Shown: positions 55,949 to 64,000, numbered from the stretch's first letter. The stretch is DNA of 64,000 nucleotides from Nitrososphaerales archaeon (GCA_030754585.1 JASMAB010000001.1:6523-70522); one strand, 5' to 3'. Notes: a model not told the origin generated them from the letters alone. A program made the numbers and translations.

Positions 55949-56632
55949 ATGGTTAATTATATTCCGTTAATTACAACTATAGTTGCTTTAACATTCACTA
56001 TTCTTCTGCTTTGGCAATTCTTGAACCGCAAAAAGATACACCAAGTAATTTGGGCAATCGCTATGGCGTTATTTGCAGTAGCAGCACTTATGGAGTTCCT
56101 TGCAAATCCAGACATATCGGGAGCAAGTGGAACACTCATCAAGATATATTATGCAAGTGCAGCACCTCTTGTAGGTCTCTTAGGTTCAGGAATGCTATAT
56201 CTTTTGGTTCCTAGAAAGATAGCTCACATTTATCTTGGCATTGTCATTATGCTTGCATTAGCCCTGCTTGTTGGAGTATTAAGTACCCATCTCAGTGAAG
56301 TAACAATTTCTGAAGCTTTCCAACTTAGCCTACCTGAAGGCTTCAGAGGAGCGGTAAGATTATTCCCATTTTTAACCGCACGTTTACCTTCCATTCTATT
56401 GAACATCACCGGAGGAATTCTTTTGATTGGTGGCGCATTATTCAGCTTCATAACTGATATGCGCAAAACTTACAATATTCCTTTAATGATGGGTGGACTA
56501 TTCCCATCATTAGGAGGGTTCCTTCTAGGAATAATGGATAATGCAGATATTTTCTTTGAGTTTGAGCTTGCCGGAACCATCTTTTTATTCTTAGGGTTCA
56601 TAATGAGTATGAGATACTTGCCGCGAAATTAG
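55949..56632 (+). CDS. polytopic membrane protein of unknown function
   Basis: 227 aa with about 6 hydrophobic helices and no recognisable motif. Confidence 0.55.
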   Translation: MVNYIPLITTIVALTFTILLLWQFLNRKKIHQVIWAIAMALFAVAALMEFLANPDISGASGTLIKIYYASAAPLVGLLGSGMLYLLVPRKIAHIYLGIVIMLALALLVGVLSTHLSEVTISEAFQLSLPEGFRGAVRLFPFLTARLPSILLNITGGILLIGGALFSFITDMRKTYNIPLMMGGLFPSLGGFLLGIMDNADIFFEFELAGTIFLFLGFIMSMRYLPRN

Positions 56633-56676
56633 ATAGAATAGATTAATTTAACTATCAATAATTATTATCACAGAAT

Positions 56677-58077
56677 ATGCAGATATCAATAGATAAGCTT
56701 CAAAAAATACTCGAAAAAACAATTCATTCTAGCTATGCAGAAGCAAGGTATCAGCGTAGAGTCAGAAACGAAATAGTGGTAGGTAACGGAGAAGTAGAAG
56801 AAGCAAAATCCATCCGAATTGAAGGAGTAGGTTTTAGAGTTTTATTAAATGGAGCCTGGGGTTTCAGCAGTACGAATTCAGCATTATCCGAATCAATGGT
56901 TGATGCAATAGATGATGCTGTGAAGATGGCAAAGATATCTGCAACTGCCCAGAAGAAAAAATCTAGATTAGTAGAGACAAAACTAGCGAATGGTATTTTC
57001 AAACCCCCAATCAATGATTCACTAGAAGATCATAGCTTGGAGGAGAAAATGACGCTGGTAAGAAAAACCGAGTTGGGTACAAGAGGATATTTTGACACCG
57101 TGAAATCTGCATCATGCAGCTACAGAGAAATAATTGACGAGAAAATCATTGTGACTACAGATGGTGCATCTGTTGAAATATTTAGTTCGAAACCTGAATT
57201 CAGGATAACAGCTGTTGCAGTAAGAAATGGAGACAGAGTTAGTGCAACAGAAACAGCAGGTGTAACTGGGGGGTGGAGAGATTTATTTGAAAAACGAAGT
57301 GCAGAAGAAATGTCTCTGAAAGCAGCTGAGATAGCCAAGAAGCTCCTTGACGCTAAGCATCCAAAGGGTGAACGTTCAAAAGTAATACTGGATTCTGGGA
57401 TGGTTGGATTAATTGCACATGAAGCAGTAGGACACACTGTTGAAGCAGACTTCGTTCTATCAGGTTCTATTGTAAAAGGAAAAATTGGTGAAAAGGTTGC
57501 AAGTGATCTAGTGACACTTGTTGACAGTGGACTCTCAGATATTGTTGGAGGGGCTGCTGGAACTATTCTTGTGGATGATGAAGGAGTATCTGCCGGTAAA
57601 ACAGTGGTAATTAAAGAGGGTATTTTAGAATCTTATCTTCACAATAGGGAAACCGCGGCAGAGTTCGATGTTGAACCCACTGGCAATGCTCGGGCTTTTG
57701 AATATTCAGATGAACCATTAATCAGAATGAGAAACACCTACATCGAGCCGGGTGATTATGAATTAGATGAGATGATTAAAGAGATTGATCATGGATATCT
57801 CCTAAAAGGGCCAAGAAGTGGTCAAGCCGATGCTAATGGTGAGTTCATGTTTGGAGCTCAGGAAGCATATCTTATTGAGAATGGAAAAATTAAGGAACTT
57901 CTGAAAGGAGTAACTGTTAGTGGCAGAGCTCTTGATGTTCTCCAAACTGTCGATGCTCTTGGAAAAGAATTCTCATATGATATTGGTGCAGGTTACTGTG
58001 GGAAAAAACAACTTGCAAAGGTTGATGGAGGAGGCCCATACCTAAGGTGTGAATCATTAATAGGAGGAATTCAATAA
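56677..58077 (+). CDS. tldD: TldD-family metalloprotease
   Basis: 466 aa. It has the HExxxH motif (AHEAVGHTVEAD) and the C-terminal GxC motif (GAGYCGK). Confidence 0.9.
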   Translation: MQISIDKLQKILEKTIHSSYAEARYQRRVRNEIVVGNGEVEEAKSIRIEGVGFRVLLNGAWGFSSTNSALSESMVDAIDDAVKMAKISATAQKKKSRLVETKLANGIFKPPINDSLEDHSLEEKMTLVRKTELGTRGYFDTVKSASCSYREIIDEKIIVTTDGASVEIFSSKPEFRITAVAVRNGDRVSATETAGVTGGWRDLFEKRSAEEMSLKAAEIAKKLLDAKHPKGERSKVILDSGMVGLIAHEAVGHTVEADFVLSGSIVKGKIGEKVASDLVTLVDSGLSDIVGGAAGTILVDDEGVSAGKTVVIKEGILESYLHNRETAAEFDVEPTGNARAFEYSDEPLIRMRNTYIEPGDYELDEMIKEIDHGYLLKGPRSGQADANGEFMFGAQEAYLIENGKIKELLKGVTVSGRALDVLQTVDALGKEFSYDIGAGYCGKKQLAKVDGGGPYLRCESLIGGIQ

Positions 58078-59427
58078 TTGATGATACCTGAAAATGAACT
58101 TGTCGAATCAAGCAGATTTGCAGTTAATACTGCTATTAAAAATGGGGCAGATAGCGCTGAGGCATATAGTGTTTCAACAGTTGAAACCGAAGCATCAATT
58201 GAACAAAATGATGTGAATCTCGGTAAGTTTCACCAAGGATCAGGGATAGGAATAAGGGTCCTAAAAAATGGAGCTCTTGGTTTTTCCTCAGTAAATACAT
58301 TAAATCAAGAAGAAATTATTGAATCTGTAGATACATCCATTAAGATCGCTTCTAGGGGTTCGTTTGATCAATACAATATTCTTCCAACCACGAAAGTTTC
58401 ACAAAAAATATCAGGTATTTATGATAGAGAAGCACAAGATTTCAAATCAGAAGATTCAGTTAAGAATGCTGTTGAGATGCTGAAAACTGCAAGAAGTTAT
58501 GATAATAGGGTAACGGTTGACAGTGGAGCATTCAATAATTCACTAAATTCAATCGCAATAGTGAATTCTAATGGTGTAGAATGTGTAGAAACTATCAGTA
58601 ACTTCACGTGGTATGTTATGGGAATGGCAATTGATGGAAAAGAGGTTTCTAGTTTTGATTTTCAATTTGGTGGGAGCCACCATTTGAAAGATATAGCAGT
58701 AGAGGGCACAGCAAGAAATTTCGCTGAAAATGTGGTGAAATCTCTCCACTCAAAGAAGTGCCAGCCATTCAAAGGAACACTCATCTTGAGCCCACATGCA
58801 GTTGCTGAACTTATTGTACCAACATTTGTAAATTCTATTAATTCGAATAATGTTCAGAAAGGACGCTCCAGTTTTGCTGGGAAAATAGGAAAAGAAATTG
58901 CTTGTAAGGAATTGACAATAACGGATGATGCAACTTGGTCTGAGGGATTGTCTGCTTCCAGTTTTGATCGTGAAGGGGTTCCACATAAGAAATTAACCAT
59001 TATCAATGAAGGCGTTCTAAAATCGTATTTATACAACACCTACACTGCTTGCCGTGATAAAGTAAAAAGCACCGGTCATGCATCTGGAGATGAAGAGTCT
59101 TCACCTGGTGTTGGTTCAACTAATGTTATCTTCAAAAAGGGAAAATTAAATTTTGATGATATCCTAAGTGAAGTTAAGAAAGGAATTTTCGTTACTAGAT
59201 TTTCGGGGAATGTTAATCCTGTTAGTGGTGATTTTTCAGGAGTAGTAAAAGGTGGTCACTTGATAATTAGTGGGGAAAAGATTCATCCGTTAAGGGAGAC
59301 CCTTATTGCAGGAAATATTTTCGAGTCATTACATAAAATTTCAGGTATTTCAAAGGATAGGGAGAAAATATTCAATATCCTTGCACCATACATTAGGGTA
59401 GAAGGCGTTTCAGTTACCAGCGGTTGA
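58078..59427 (+). CDS. pmbA: PmbA/TldE-family protein (TldD partner)
   Basis: 449 aa TldD paralogue lacking HExxxH. It abuts the tldD stop. The ATG at 58081 is likely. Confidence 0.85.
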   Translation: MMIPENELVESSRFAVNTAIKNGADSAEAYSVSTVETEASIEQNDVNLGKFHQGSGIGIRVLKNGALGFSSVNTLNQEEIIESVDTSIKIASRGSFDQYNILPTTKVSQKISGIYDREAQDFKSEDSVKNAVEMLKTARSYDNRVTVDSGAFNNSLNSIAIVNSNGVECVETISNFTWYVMGMAIDGKEVSSFDFQFGGSHHLKDIAVEGTARNFAENVVKSLHSKKCQPFKGTLILSPHAVAELIVPTFVNSINSNNVQKGRSSFAGKIGKEIACKELTITDDATWSEGLSASSFDREGVPHKKLTIINEGVLKSYLYNTYTACRDKVKSTGHASGDEESSPGVGSTNVIFKKGKLNFDDILSEVKKGIFVTRFSGNVNPVSGDFSGVVKGGHLIISGEKIHPLRETLIAGNIFESLHKISGISKDREKIFNILAPYIRVEGVSVTSG

Positions 59428-59463
59428 AAACCGTATATAGTAAATATTCCAATCTTTCGATTT

Positions 59464-59550
59464 GAGGTTCTTCAGGTGTTCAGTGCAGCATCGACGGGCA
59501 ATCTGACCGTAATGCGGGATGAAGAATACGTGCTGAACCCTTGGAACCTC
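59464..59550 (+). ncRNA. candidate structured RNA (GC-rich nested hairpin) upstream of tRNA-Ala; strand uncertain
   Basis: It is 87 nt with 46 G+C (53%) in a far more AT-rich context. The termini GAGGTTC/GAACCTC pair. Inner helices are AGG-GTTCAG/CTGAAC-CCT, GCAT/ATGC and ACGG/CCGT. Confidence 0.3.
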
Positions 59551-59601
59551 ATCTGTTTATTGATGAAACCTTAAATCATAAATGGCAAATGTTCAGCATA
59601 T

Positions 59602-59694
59602 GGGCCGGTAGTTCAGTGGTAGAAATAGTCAAAAAACTGATACAATATCTGCCTCGCACGCGGAAGGTCGGGGGTTCAAATCCCCCCCGGTCCA
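59602..59694 (+). tRNA. tRNA-Ala(CGC) with a 21-nt intron in the D-arm (non-canonical position)
   Basis: The fold is GGGCCGG TA GTTC AGTGGTA GAA[21-nt insert]T A TCTGC CTCGCAC GCGGA AGGTC GGGGG TTCAAAT CCCCC CCGGTCC A. The G3:U70 Ala identity pair is present. Confidence 0.8.
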
Positions 59695-59780
59695 CTTCAT
59701 TATTGAGCATAACATCTCCAAAAAAATATTTTATCCAAACTAATAAAATGCATTTTGGAACAATAATTCCGTAGTAATGT

Positions 59781-60287
59781 CTAAGGGTGCATCCTAAAAT
59801 CTTCTTTTATGGAATCTAGAACAATATGTGTATTTGTTCGTACCACATGACGGAATGCAAGCAGTTTCTTAGTAAACAAGCTTAACTCTTTTCTATTTCT
59901 AAATTTACCTATTATTAATATATCTGCTCTACCAGTAATATCATAAACAGCACAAGTGGAAGATAGTTTCGCTATTTCATTTTCTACTTGTATAAGCTTA
60001 CCGTTTGAAACTATAACTTCAGTAACAGCTGTTAGAGAATACCCCAGCTTCTCATCATCCAAAATAACAGTGTAATTCTGAATTACTCCAGCTTTTTCCA
60101 TCTTCTTAATTCTAGATAATACAGTCCCTACTGCTGCATTAATGCGTTTAGCTATTTCTCGGAAGGATAATCGAGAATCTTTAAGATATTCTTTCAGAAT
60201 CTTACGATCCACTTCATCTATGTCCAAAAGTACCAGAGTCTTAATGAGAAAATCTTTGATATATAGATTTATGGAATATCTGTTCAA
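59781..60287 (-). CDS. Lrp/AsnC family transcriptional regulator
   Basis: 168 aa with the HTH DEVDRKILKEYLKDSRLSFREIAKRINAAVGTVLSRIKKMEKAGVI and a RAM domain. Confidence 0.85.
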   Translation of the reverse strand: MNRYSINLYIKDFLIKTLVLLDIDEVDRKILKEYLKDSRLSFREIAKRINAAVGTVLSRIKKMEKAGVIQNYTVILDDEKLGYSLTAVTEVIVSNGKLIQVENEIAKLSSTCAVYDITGRADILIIGKFRNRKELSLFTKKLLAFRHVVRTNTHIVLDSIKEDFRMHP

Positions 60288-60323
60288 ACATTCAGATAAA
60301 TCATGAATAACAAGACCTTTGAA

Positions 60324-60914
60324 TTATTCCACAAAAATAGCAGAGTCACCCCAACTTTCTTGGATTCTACCATTATCCATATTCACCATTGGAAGATAAT
60401 TATGAAACATGCGAATTGATTTGCCAAGCCTTATTGTAGTAACCTCTATAATAGAACCAGTCCCATGGTTCTTTTCTATTGATGGAATTATAATCTCATT
60501 GAATTTGATGTTAATCTCATCATCAGAAGATCCTTCAATCAGTAGCACTAGTGCAGTATGGCCATCGATTTCAGCGATATGAGATTCATAAATGAACTCC
60601 GTGAAGATTGTAGAAACATTGGGTTCCATTTTTACCTCATTTATTATTTGGTTTTGAGAGATACCGATTTTAAATTTCACAAGATACAGGTGTCTTGCAT
60701 TAAATCTTCCCGTACCGTCTGCACCCATGTTCAAATTAGTATAATAGTTGAGGAGTCCTTTTTCCTCCATCTTCTTTCTCTTACGATTCACAGTTCGAAT
60801 CGGGACACCAGTCATTATACCTATCTGATTGTCGGACAACTTTGGATTTCTGATTAAACTCCGTATTATTAGTATATCTTGAGCATTAAGTTTCATAGTC
60901 ATTCTGATCATCAT
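60324..60914 (-). CDS. Lrp/AsnC-like regulator with divergent, extended C-terminal domain
   Basis: 196 aa. It has the HTH DILIIRSLIRNPKLSDNQIGIMTGVPIRTVNRKRKKMEEKGLL, a RAM-like segment and an extra tail of about 40 aa. Confidence 0.65.
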   Translation of the reverse strand: MMIRMTMKLNAQDILIIRSLIRNPKLSDNQIGIMTGVPIRTVNRKRKKMEEKGLLNYYTNLNMGADGTGRFNARHLYLVKFKIGISQNQIINEVKMEPNVSTIFTEFIYESHIAEIDGHTALVLLIEGSSDDEINIKFNEIIIPSIEKNHGTGSIIEVTTIRLGKSIRMFHNYLPMVNMDNGRIQESWGDSAIFVE

Positions 60915-60983
60915 GTCATATTTAGGTCAATTATACCAAGTATCATCTTTATATATATTAAGAATAAACTTTTAAGTTGTATC

Positions 60984-61190
60984 ATGGTAGAATGACCCAA
61001 TAAAAATCAATTTGATATTGCAGTTGAACAATTTGATAGAGCTGTGAAACTTATGAAACTAGAGGGGAATGCTATTACTTTACTTAAGTGTGAAACTGTT
61101 AGTAAATATCAGGTGGATATGGGGAATGGAGTCTACATTTCAGCCATTGGTAAAGTTGTTGATGCTATGAAGATCAGAAGATGGTTCTGA
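60984..61190 (+). pseudogene. glutamate dehydrogenase relic (premature TGA at codon 4 plus loss of the whole central part)
   Basis: The in-frame reading is MVE*PNKNQFDIAVEQFDRAVKLMKLEGNAITLLKCETVSKYQVDMGNG|VYISAIGKVVDAMKIRRWF*. The first part resembles a GDH N-terminus and the last 19 aa resemble a GDH C-terminus. Confidence 0.6.
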
Positions 61191-61461
61191 TTTAGTACGT
61201 GCCCATAATAAGTTTGTTAAGATATATATTGATTCAACCCATCATATTCTTTAAACATATGTTAAGATTGCTGGGTGATTAGTTGTTACTTCTTCAGCAT
61301 CGTTGTCTTAAATCCCCTTTGCATTTGCAGTTGTGAGAAGAAAAAAAGCATGAATATTAAATGCGTTACTAATAGTTGCTCTGAGAGTTGTACGATCGAA
61401 TTAATATTTGTTTAAAGAATTTTGAATCCAGTAATCTACAAACTTATCTGCAACTAATGAT

Positions 61462-62487
61462 GTGGTTCCACCAGTTTTGAATAAGCCCAGAATATATATT
61501 ACACGTGAGATACCCGCGAAAGGATTAGAACTGCTATCAAGATGCTGTGATATCACAATGCATCGTGGGAAGGAGCCGCCGAGTCGGGAAGATATACAGA
61601 TTAACATTCAAGGGAAAGATGGATTGCTTTGTATGCTCACGGACAAGATTGACTCCGAAATTATCAAAACTTCTGACAAATTGAAAGTTATTTCATCATT
61701 TAATGTTGGAGTAGATCATATTGACACCATCGAAGCAACTAAAAGGGGCATCTATGTCACGTATACACCTGGAGTACTAACAAATGCAACTGCGGATTTG
61801 GCATTTGCTCTTATGATGTCAGCTGCACGACGGATAGCAGAGGGGGATAGAAATGTCAGAAATGGTAGTTGGAGAGGGGGATGGGCTCCCAATATGCTTC
61901 TTGGAGAAGGAGTATACGGTAAAACTCTGGGAATTATAGGATTAGGGAGAATAGGCACTGCGTTAGCTGAAAGGGCTTCAGGTTTCAAAATGAAAATTGT
62001 GTATTATAACCGAAATCGGTTACCTAACAAAGAGAAGAAACTCAATCTGGAATATAGGTATCTCGAAGATCTTCTAAAAGAGAGTGATTTCATCTCATTA
62101 CATGTTCCTCTTACAGATGAAACTCATCACCTAATCGACAGTCAGAAGTTAAAGAAAATGAAAAGAAATGCAATTCTGGTCAACACAGCCAGAGGCCAGA
62201 TTGTGGATGAAGATGATTTGGCTGATGCATTAGAGGGGGGTTGGATATCAGGAGCAGGTATTGACGTTTTTTCATCAGAACCGCTTCCTGCAGATAACCG
62301 TCTATCTCAGCTAAAGAATGTAGTGTTGACCCCACATATAGGCAGTGCAACTTATCACACAAGAAACTTAATGTGTGAAATTTCAGCTATGAATTTGCTC
62401 GGAGTATTGAAAGGAGAGAATCCTCATTATCTCTTCAACATTGAAGTGATGAAGGTAAGGTCCTTAGATTCAATAAAGATGATCTAG
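61462..62487 (+). CDS. D-isomer-specific 2-hydroxyacid dehydrogenase (glyoxylate/hydroxypyruvate reductase-like)
   Basis: 341 aa. Motifs GIIGLGRIGTALAERA, NTARG and TPHIGSAT. GTG start. Confidence 0.9.
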   Translation: MVPPVLNKPRIYITREIPAKGLELLSRCCDITMHRGKEPPSREDIQINIQGKDGLLCMLTDKIDSEIIKTSDKLKVISSFNVGVDHIDTIEATKRGIYVTYTPGVLTNATADLAFALMMSAARRIAEGDRNVRNGSWRGGWAPNMLLGEGVYGKTLGIIGLGRIGTALAERASGFKMKIVYYNRNRLPNKEKKLNLEYRYLEDLLKESDFISLHVPLTDETHHLIDSQKLKKMKRNAILVNTARGQIVDEDDLADALEGGWISGAGIDVFSSEPLPADNRLSQLKNVVLTPHIGSATYHTRNLMCEISAMNLLGVLKGENPHYLFNIEVMKVRSLDSIKMI

Positions 62488-64000
62488 TGATCTCGCTCTT
62501 CTTTCTCATATATTTTAACTAATGTTTGTAAGGATTTCCCAAAATATTTCAAGAATATTTTCTCGTCATAAGTTTCATCTATCAATGCCTTGGATAACTC
62601 TCTAATGATCTCAGGATGGAGTTTTTCGAGGAACATCAAAAAATGAGCAGATGTTTGAAAAGCACCTAACGCCTTGCCTTCCTCAAAATGAGCTTTACTT
62701 CCAAGAAATGTTCCCTTAGCATCCCTCTGGAATCCCAGATTATCTCTAACAAAATCTGCGATTCCTTCAATCAGCCAAGATGTGTAACTATCGTATCTAG
62801 GTGCCCATAGTATTGCATGATCAATTTCGTGAACAATCGCACCATCATCTGCATCTCGGCTTCCATATACTTCTGCTATTTTATCGAAATGATCAAGGTT
62901 CAGGAATATAGTCTTCCCTTCAGTAGCTGCAGGCCATTTACGATTACGGGTGAGAATAACATTAAGAACTTGCTCTGGATTTCTCCCTGTATGTATTGAT
63001 CTCACCTTGGGTATGGTATTTTCAGCTAAAGAAATAACGTGCATTGCATATTCTTTTTCTGATAGAAAATTTGAGTAATCAACTTTACAATTTTTTCCAA
63101 TTAATATCGCTTCTTGATACTCTAAAGCGTTTGGTTTACCTCTGAGTTTTATCATAACTTCCTCTTTAGTTAACCCAGCAGCTATACTTAGATAATCAAA
63201 AAAGTCCTTACCACCGACAACTTTTGTCCCTTTTTCCCTTACTGCATCAACATATTCCTTGTAATCGTCAATTAGTTTTTGAAAACCCTGATCTGGAATA
63301 ACTATCTTCCCGAATTTCTCATCCACCGCGATGTCGATCTTACCGGAACCCTTCTTTGGGTGAATTCCGCCAACTAAACCAGCCAAACCACTTTTCATCT
63401 CAATCTTCCCAGTCATACAGACATCTGGGCTTAGGGATATATTCCAGATAGCAGACGCGATTGAAACTGCGATTGCTAAACCTGCAGATGGCCCCCAAAG
63501 CTTGAGATCCTCCCTATTAGATCCTTCTGTGGGTGATATTATGTGAACATCTATATCATAATTGTTTATGTTCTGGTGGTACCCTCTAAGAAATTCTACT
63601 GCAATTTTTGCACTTTCCTTTACAGATTCCGTTACCGTTCCCAAGATAAGTAGGTTTTCGCTTCTTCCAGACCGTGGAAAAATGTTAGATTCAACTATTA
63701 TTATTAACCCGCGTCGTTCATCCTCACTTTCCGCAGTGGCTAATCCATAGACTTTCCCTATCTCAGGTCCTTTACCTCTGTAGATCCTTTGCATCTCTTT
63801 CAGTTCTTCAAAGTCCTCACTTTTCACTGCCAGTTCAAAAGCCCTTTCTAAATGATGTAAAGTCAATGGGTATGACGCTGAATCGTGATATGCTGCAGCT
63901 ACTCTTTGGTACAGAGTTTCTATTTTTACTTTTTGAGTTTTGGCCAGATTCTTAAGGTAGACAAGCTGCTCTCCGTAATTCTTCCTGATTGAACTGATTT
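62484..64000 (-). CDS. fusion protein: Lon-type S16 protease domain + BSP-like (HExxH) peptidase domain; N-terminus outside window
   Basis: The frame stays open upstream of the listed TTG (63866) to the window edge. The Lon_C motifs are GKVYGLA, WGPSAGLAIAVSIASA (Ser) and GGIHPKK (Lys). The C-terminal half has VHEIDHAILW and WLIEGIADFVRDNLG. Confidence 0.75.
   Translation of the reverse strand, partial: ISSIRKNYGEQLVYLKNLAKTQKVKIETLYQRVAAAYHDSASYPLTLHHLERAFELAVKSEDFEELKEMQRIYRGKGPEIGKVYGLATAESEDERRGLIIIVESNIFPRSGRSENLLILGTVTESVKESAKIAVEFLRGYHQNINNYDIDVHIISPTEGSNREDLKLWGPSAGLAIAVSIASAIWNISLSPDVCMTGKIEMKSGLAGLVGGIHPKKGSGKIDIAVDEKFGKIVIPDQGFQKLIDDYKEYVDAVREKGTKVVGGKDFFDYLSIAAGLTKEEVMIKLRGKPNALEYQEAILIGKNCKVDYSNFLSEKEYAMHVISLAENTIPKVRSIHTGRNPEQVLNVILTRNRKWPAATEGKTIFLNLDHFDKIAEVYGSRDADDGAIVHEIDHAILWAPRYDSYTSWLIEGIADFVRDNLGFQRDAKGTFLGSKAHFEEGKALGAFQTSAHFLMFLEKLHPEIIRELSKALIDETYDEKIFLKYFGKSLQTLVKIYEKEERDH

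Noticed and set aside
59541-59774. A 77-aa plus-strand ORF.
   Set aside because: It reads straight through tRNA-Ala (59602-59694) and the GC-rich structured element. It is a translation artefact of RNA-coding DNA.
60993-60995. The in-frame TGA at codon 4 of the GDH-like reading frame as selenocysteine or other recoding.
   Set aside because: The same frame has also lost about 350 central codons, so decay is the simple explanation. No SECIS-like context was evident.
61401-61607. A 68-aa minus-strand ORF overlapping the 5' end of the 2-hydroxyacid dehydrogenase gene.
   Set aside because: It is antisense to a confident gene and has no motif or sensible start context.
1-64000. A search for CRISPR arrays, IS elements, integrases, phage genes, toxin-antitoxin pairs and rRNA genes.
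   Set aside because: I found no regularly spaced direct repeats, no transposase, integrase or capsid-like ORFs, and no rRNA-like GC-rich blocks. The PIN-domain gene is the conserved Fcf1-like member of the rpo7/aIF2gamma operon, not a VapC toxin with an antitoxin partner.

Overview
This is an AT-rich, very compact archaeal chromosome segment with about 60 protein genes and 3 tRNA genes. Three convergent gene pairs share their stop-codon bases. I found no rRNA, CRISPR array, transposase, integrase or prophage signature. Archaeal identity is clear from three things: the r-protein/transcription/translation superoperons (S27ae-S24e-DUF359-Spt4-Rpo7-PIN-aIF2gamma-S6e, and L7Ae-S28e-L24e-NDK-aIF5B), the Lrp/AsnC regulators, and tRNA genes with short introns at non-canonical positions. 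A Nitrososphaerota/Thaumarchaeota-like or other TACK-type lineage is my inference only.

Layout:
- 1-2.1 kb: NUDIX, ATP sulfurylase and a small RAM-domain protein.
- 2.4-14.5 kb: a surface-glycan island. It has five GT-B glycosyltransferases, an extended SDR, a DegT aminotransferase, an orphan TPP-dependent E1alpha/E1beta pair, a short NDP-sugar dehydrogenase, a radical-SAM/SPASM-like enzyme and two tandem paralogous small membrane proteins.
- 14.5-19.5 kb: threonine/aspartate-family cluster (thrC, hom, ask, asd).
- 19.6-24.1 kb: Lrp, MscS with a coupled unknown gene, and an HExxH protein coupled to a nucleotidyltransferase-kinase fusion.
- 24-34 kb: the information-processing operons, a matrixin-like protease and folD.
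- 34.5-64 kb: housekeeping and stress genes. These are two PGM/PMM paralogues, thiL, an M20 peptidase, ilvC, a membrane-anchored Hsp20, UPF0182, moaA, htpX, CDF, pckG, a coiled-coil unknown, ADH, a class I aldolase, YciI, SDR, TldD/PmbA, two Lrp-like regulators, a 2-hydroxyacid dehydrogenase and a Lon-S16/BSP fusion that runs off the window.

Most interesting observations:
- the E1alpha/beta-containing sugar operon
- the NTase-kinase fusion operon
- the Lon-S16 + BSP double-protease fusion
- a decayed glutamate dehydrogenase relic
- a GC-rich structured intergenic element next to tRNA-Ala
- a repeat-dense regulatory region upstream of an unlisted 55-aa ORF
- a CDF transporter with three tandem cytoplasmic domains
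- all three tRNA genes carrying non-canonical introns

Everything rests on reading motifs by eye. No database search was run.
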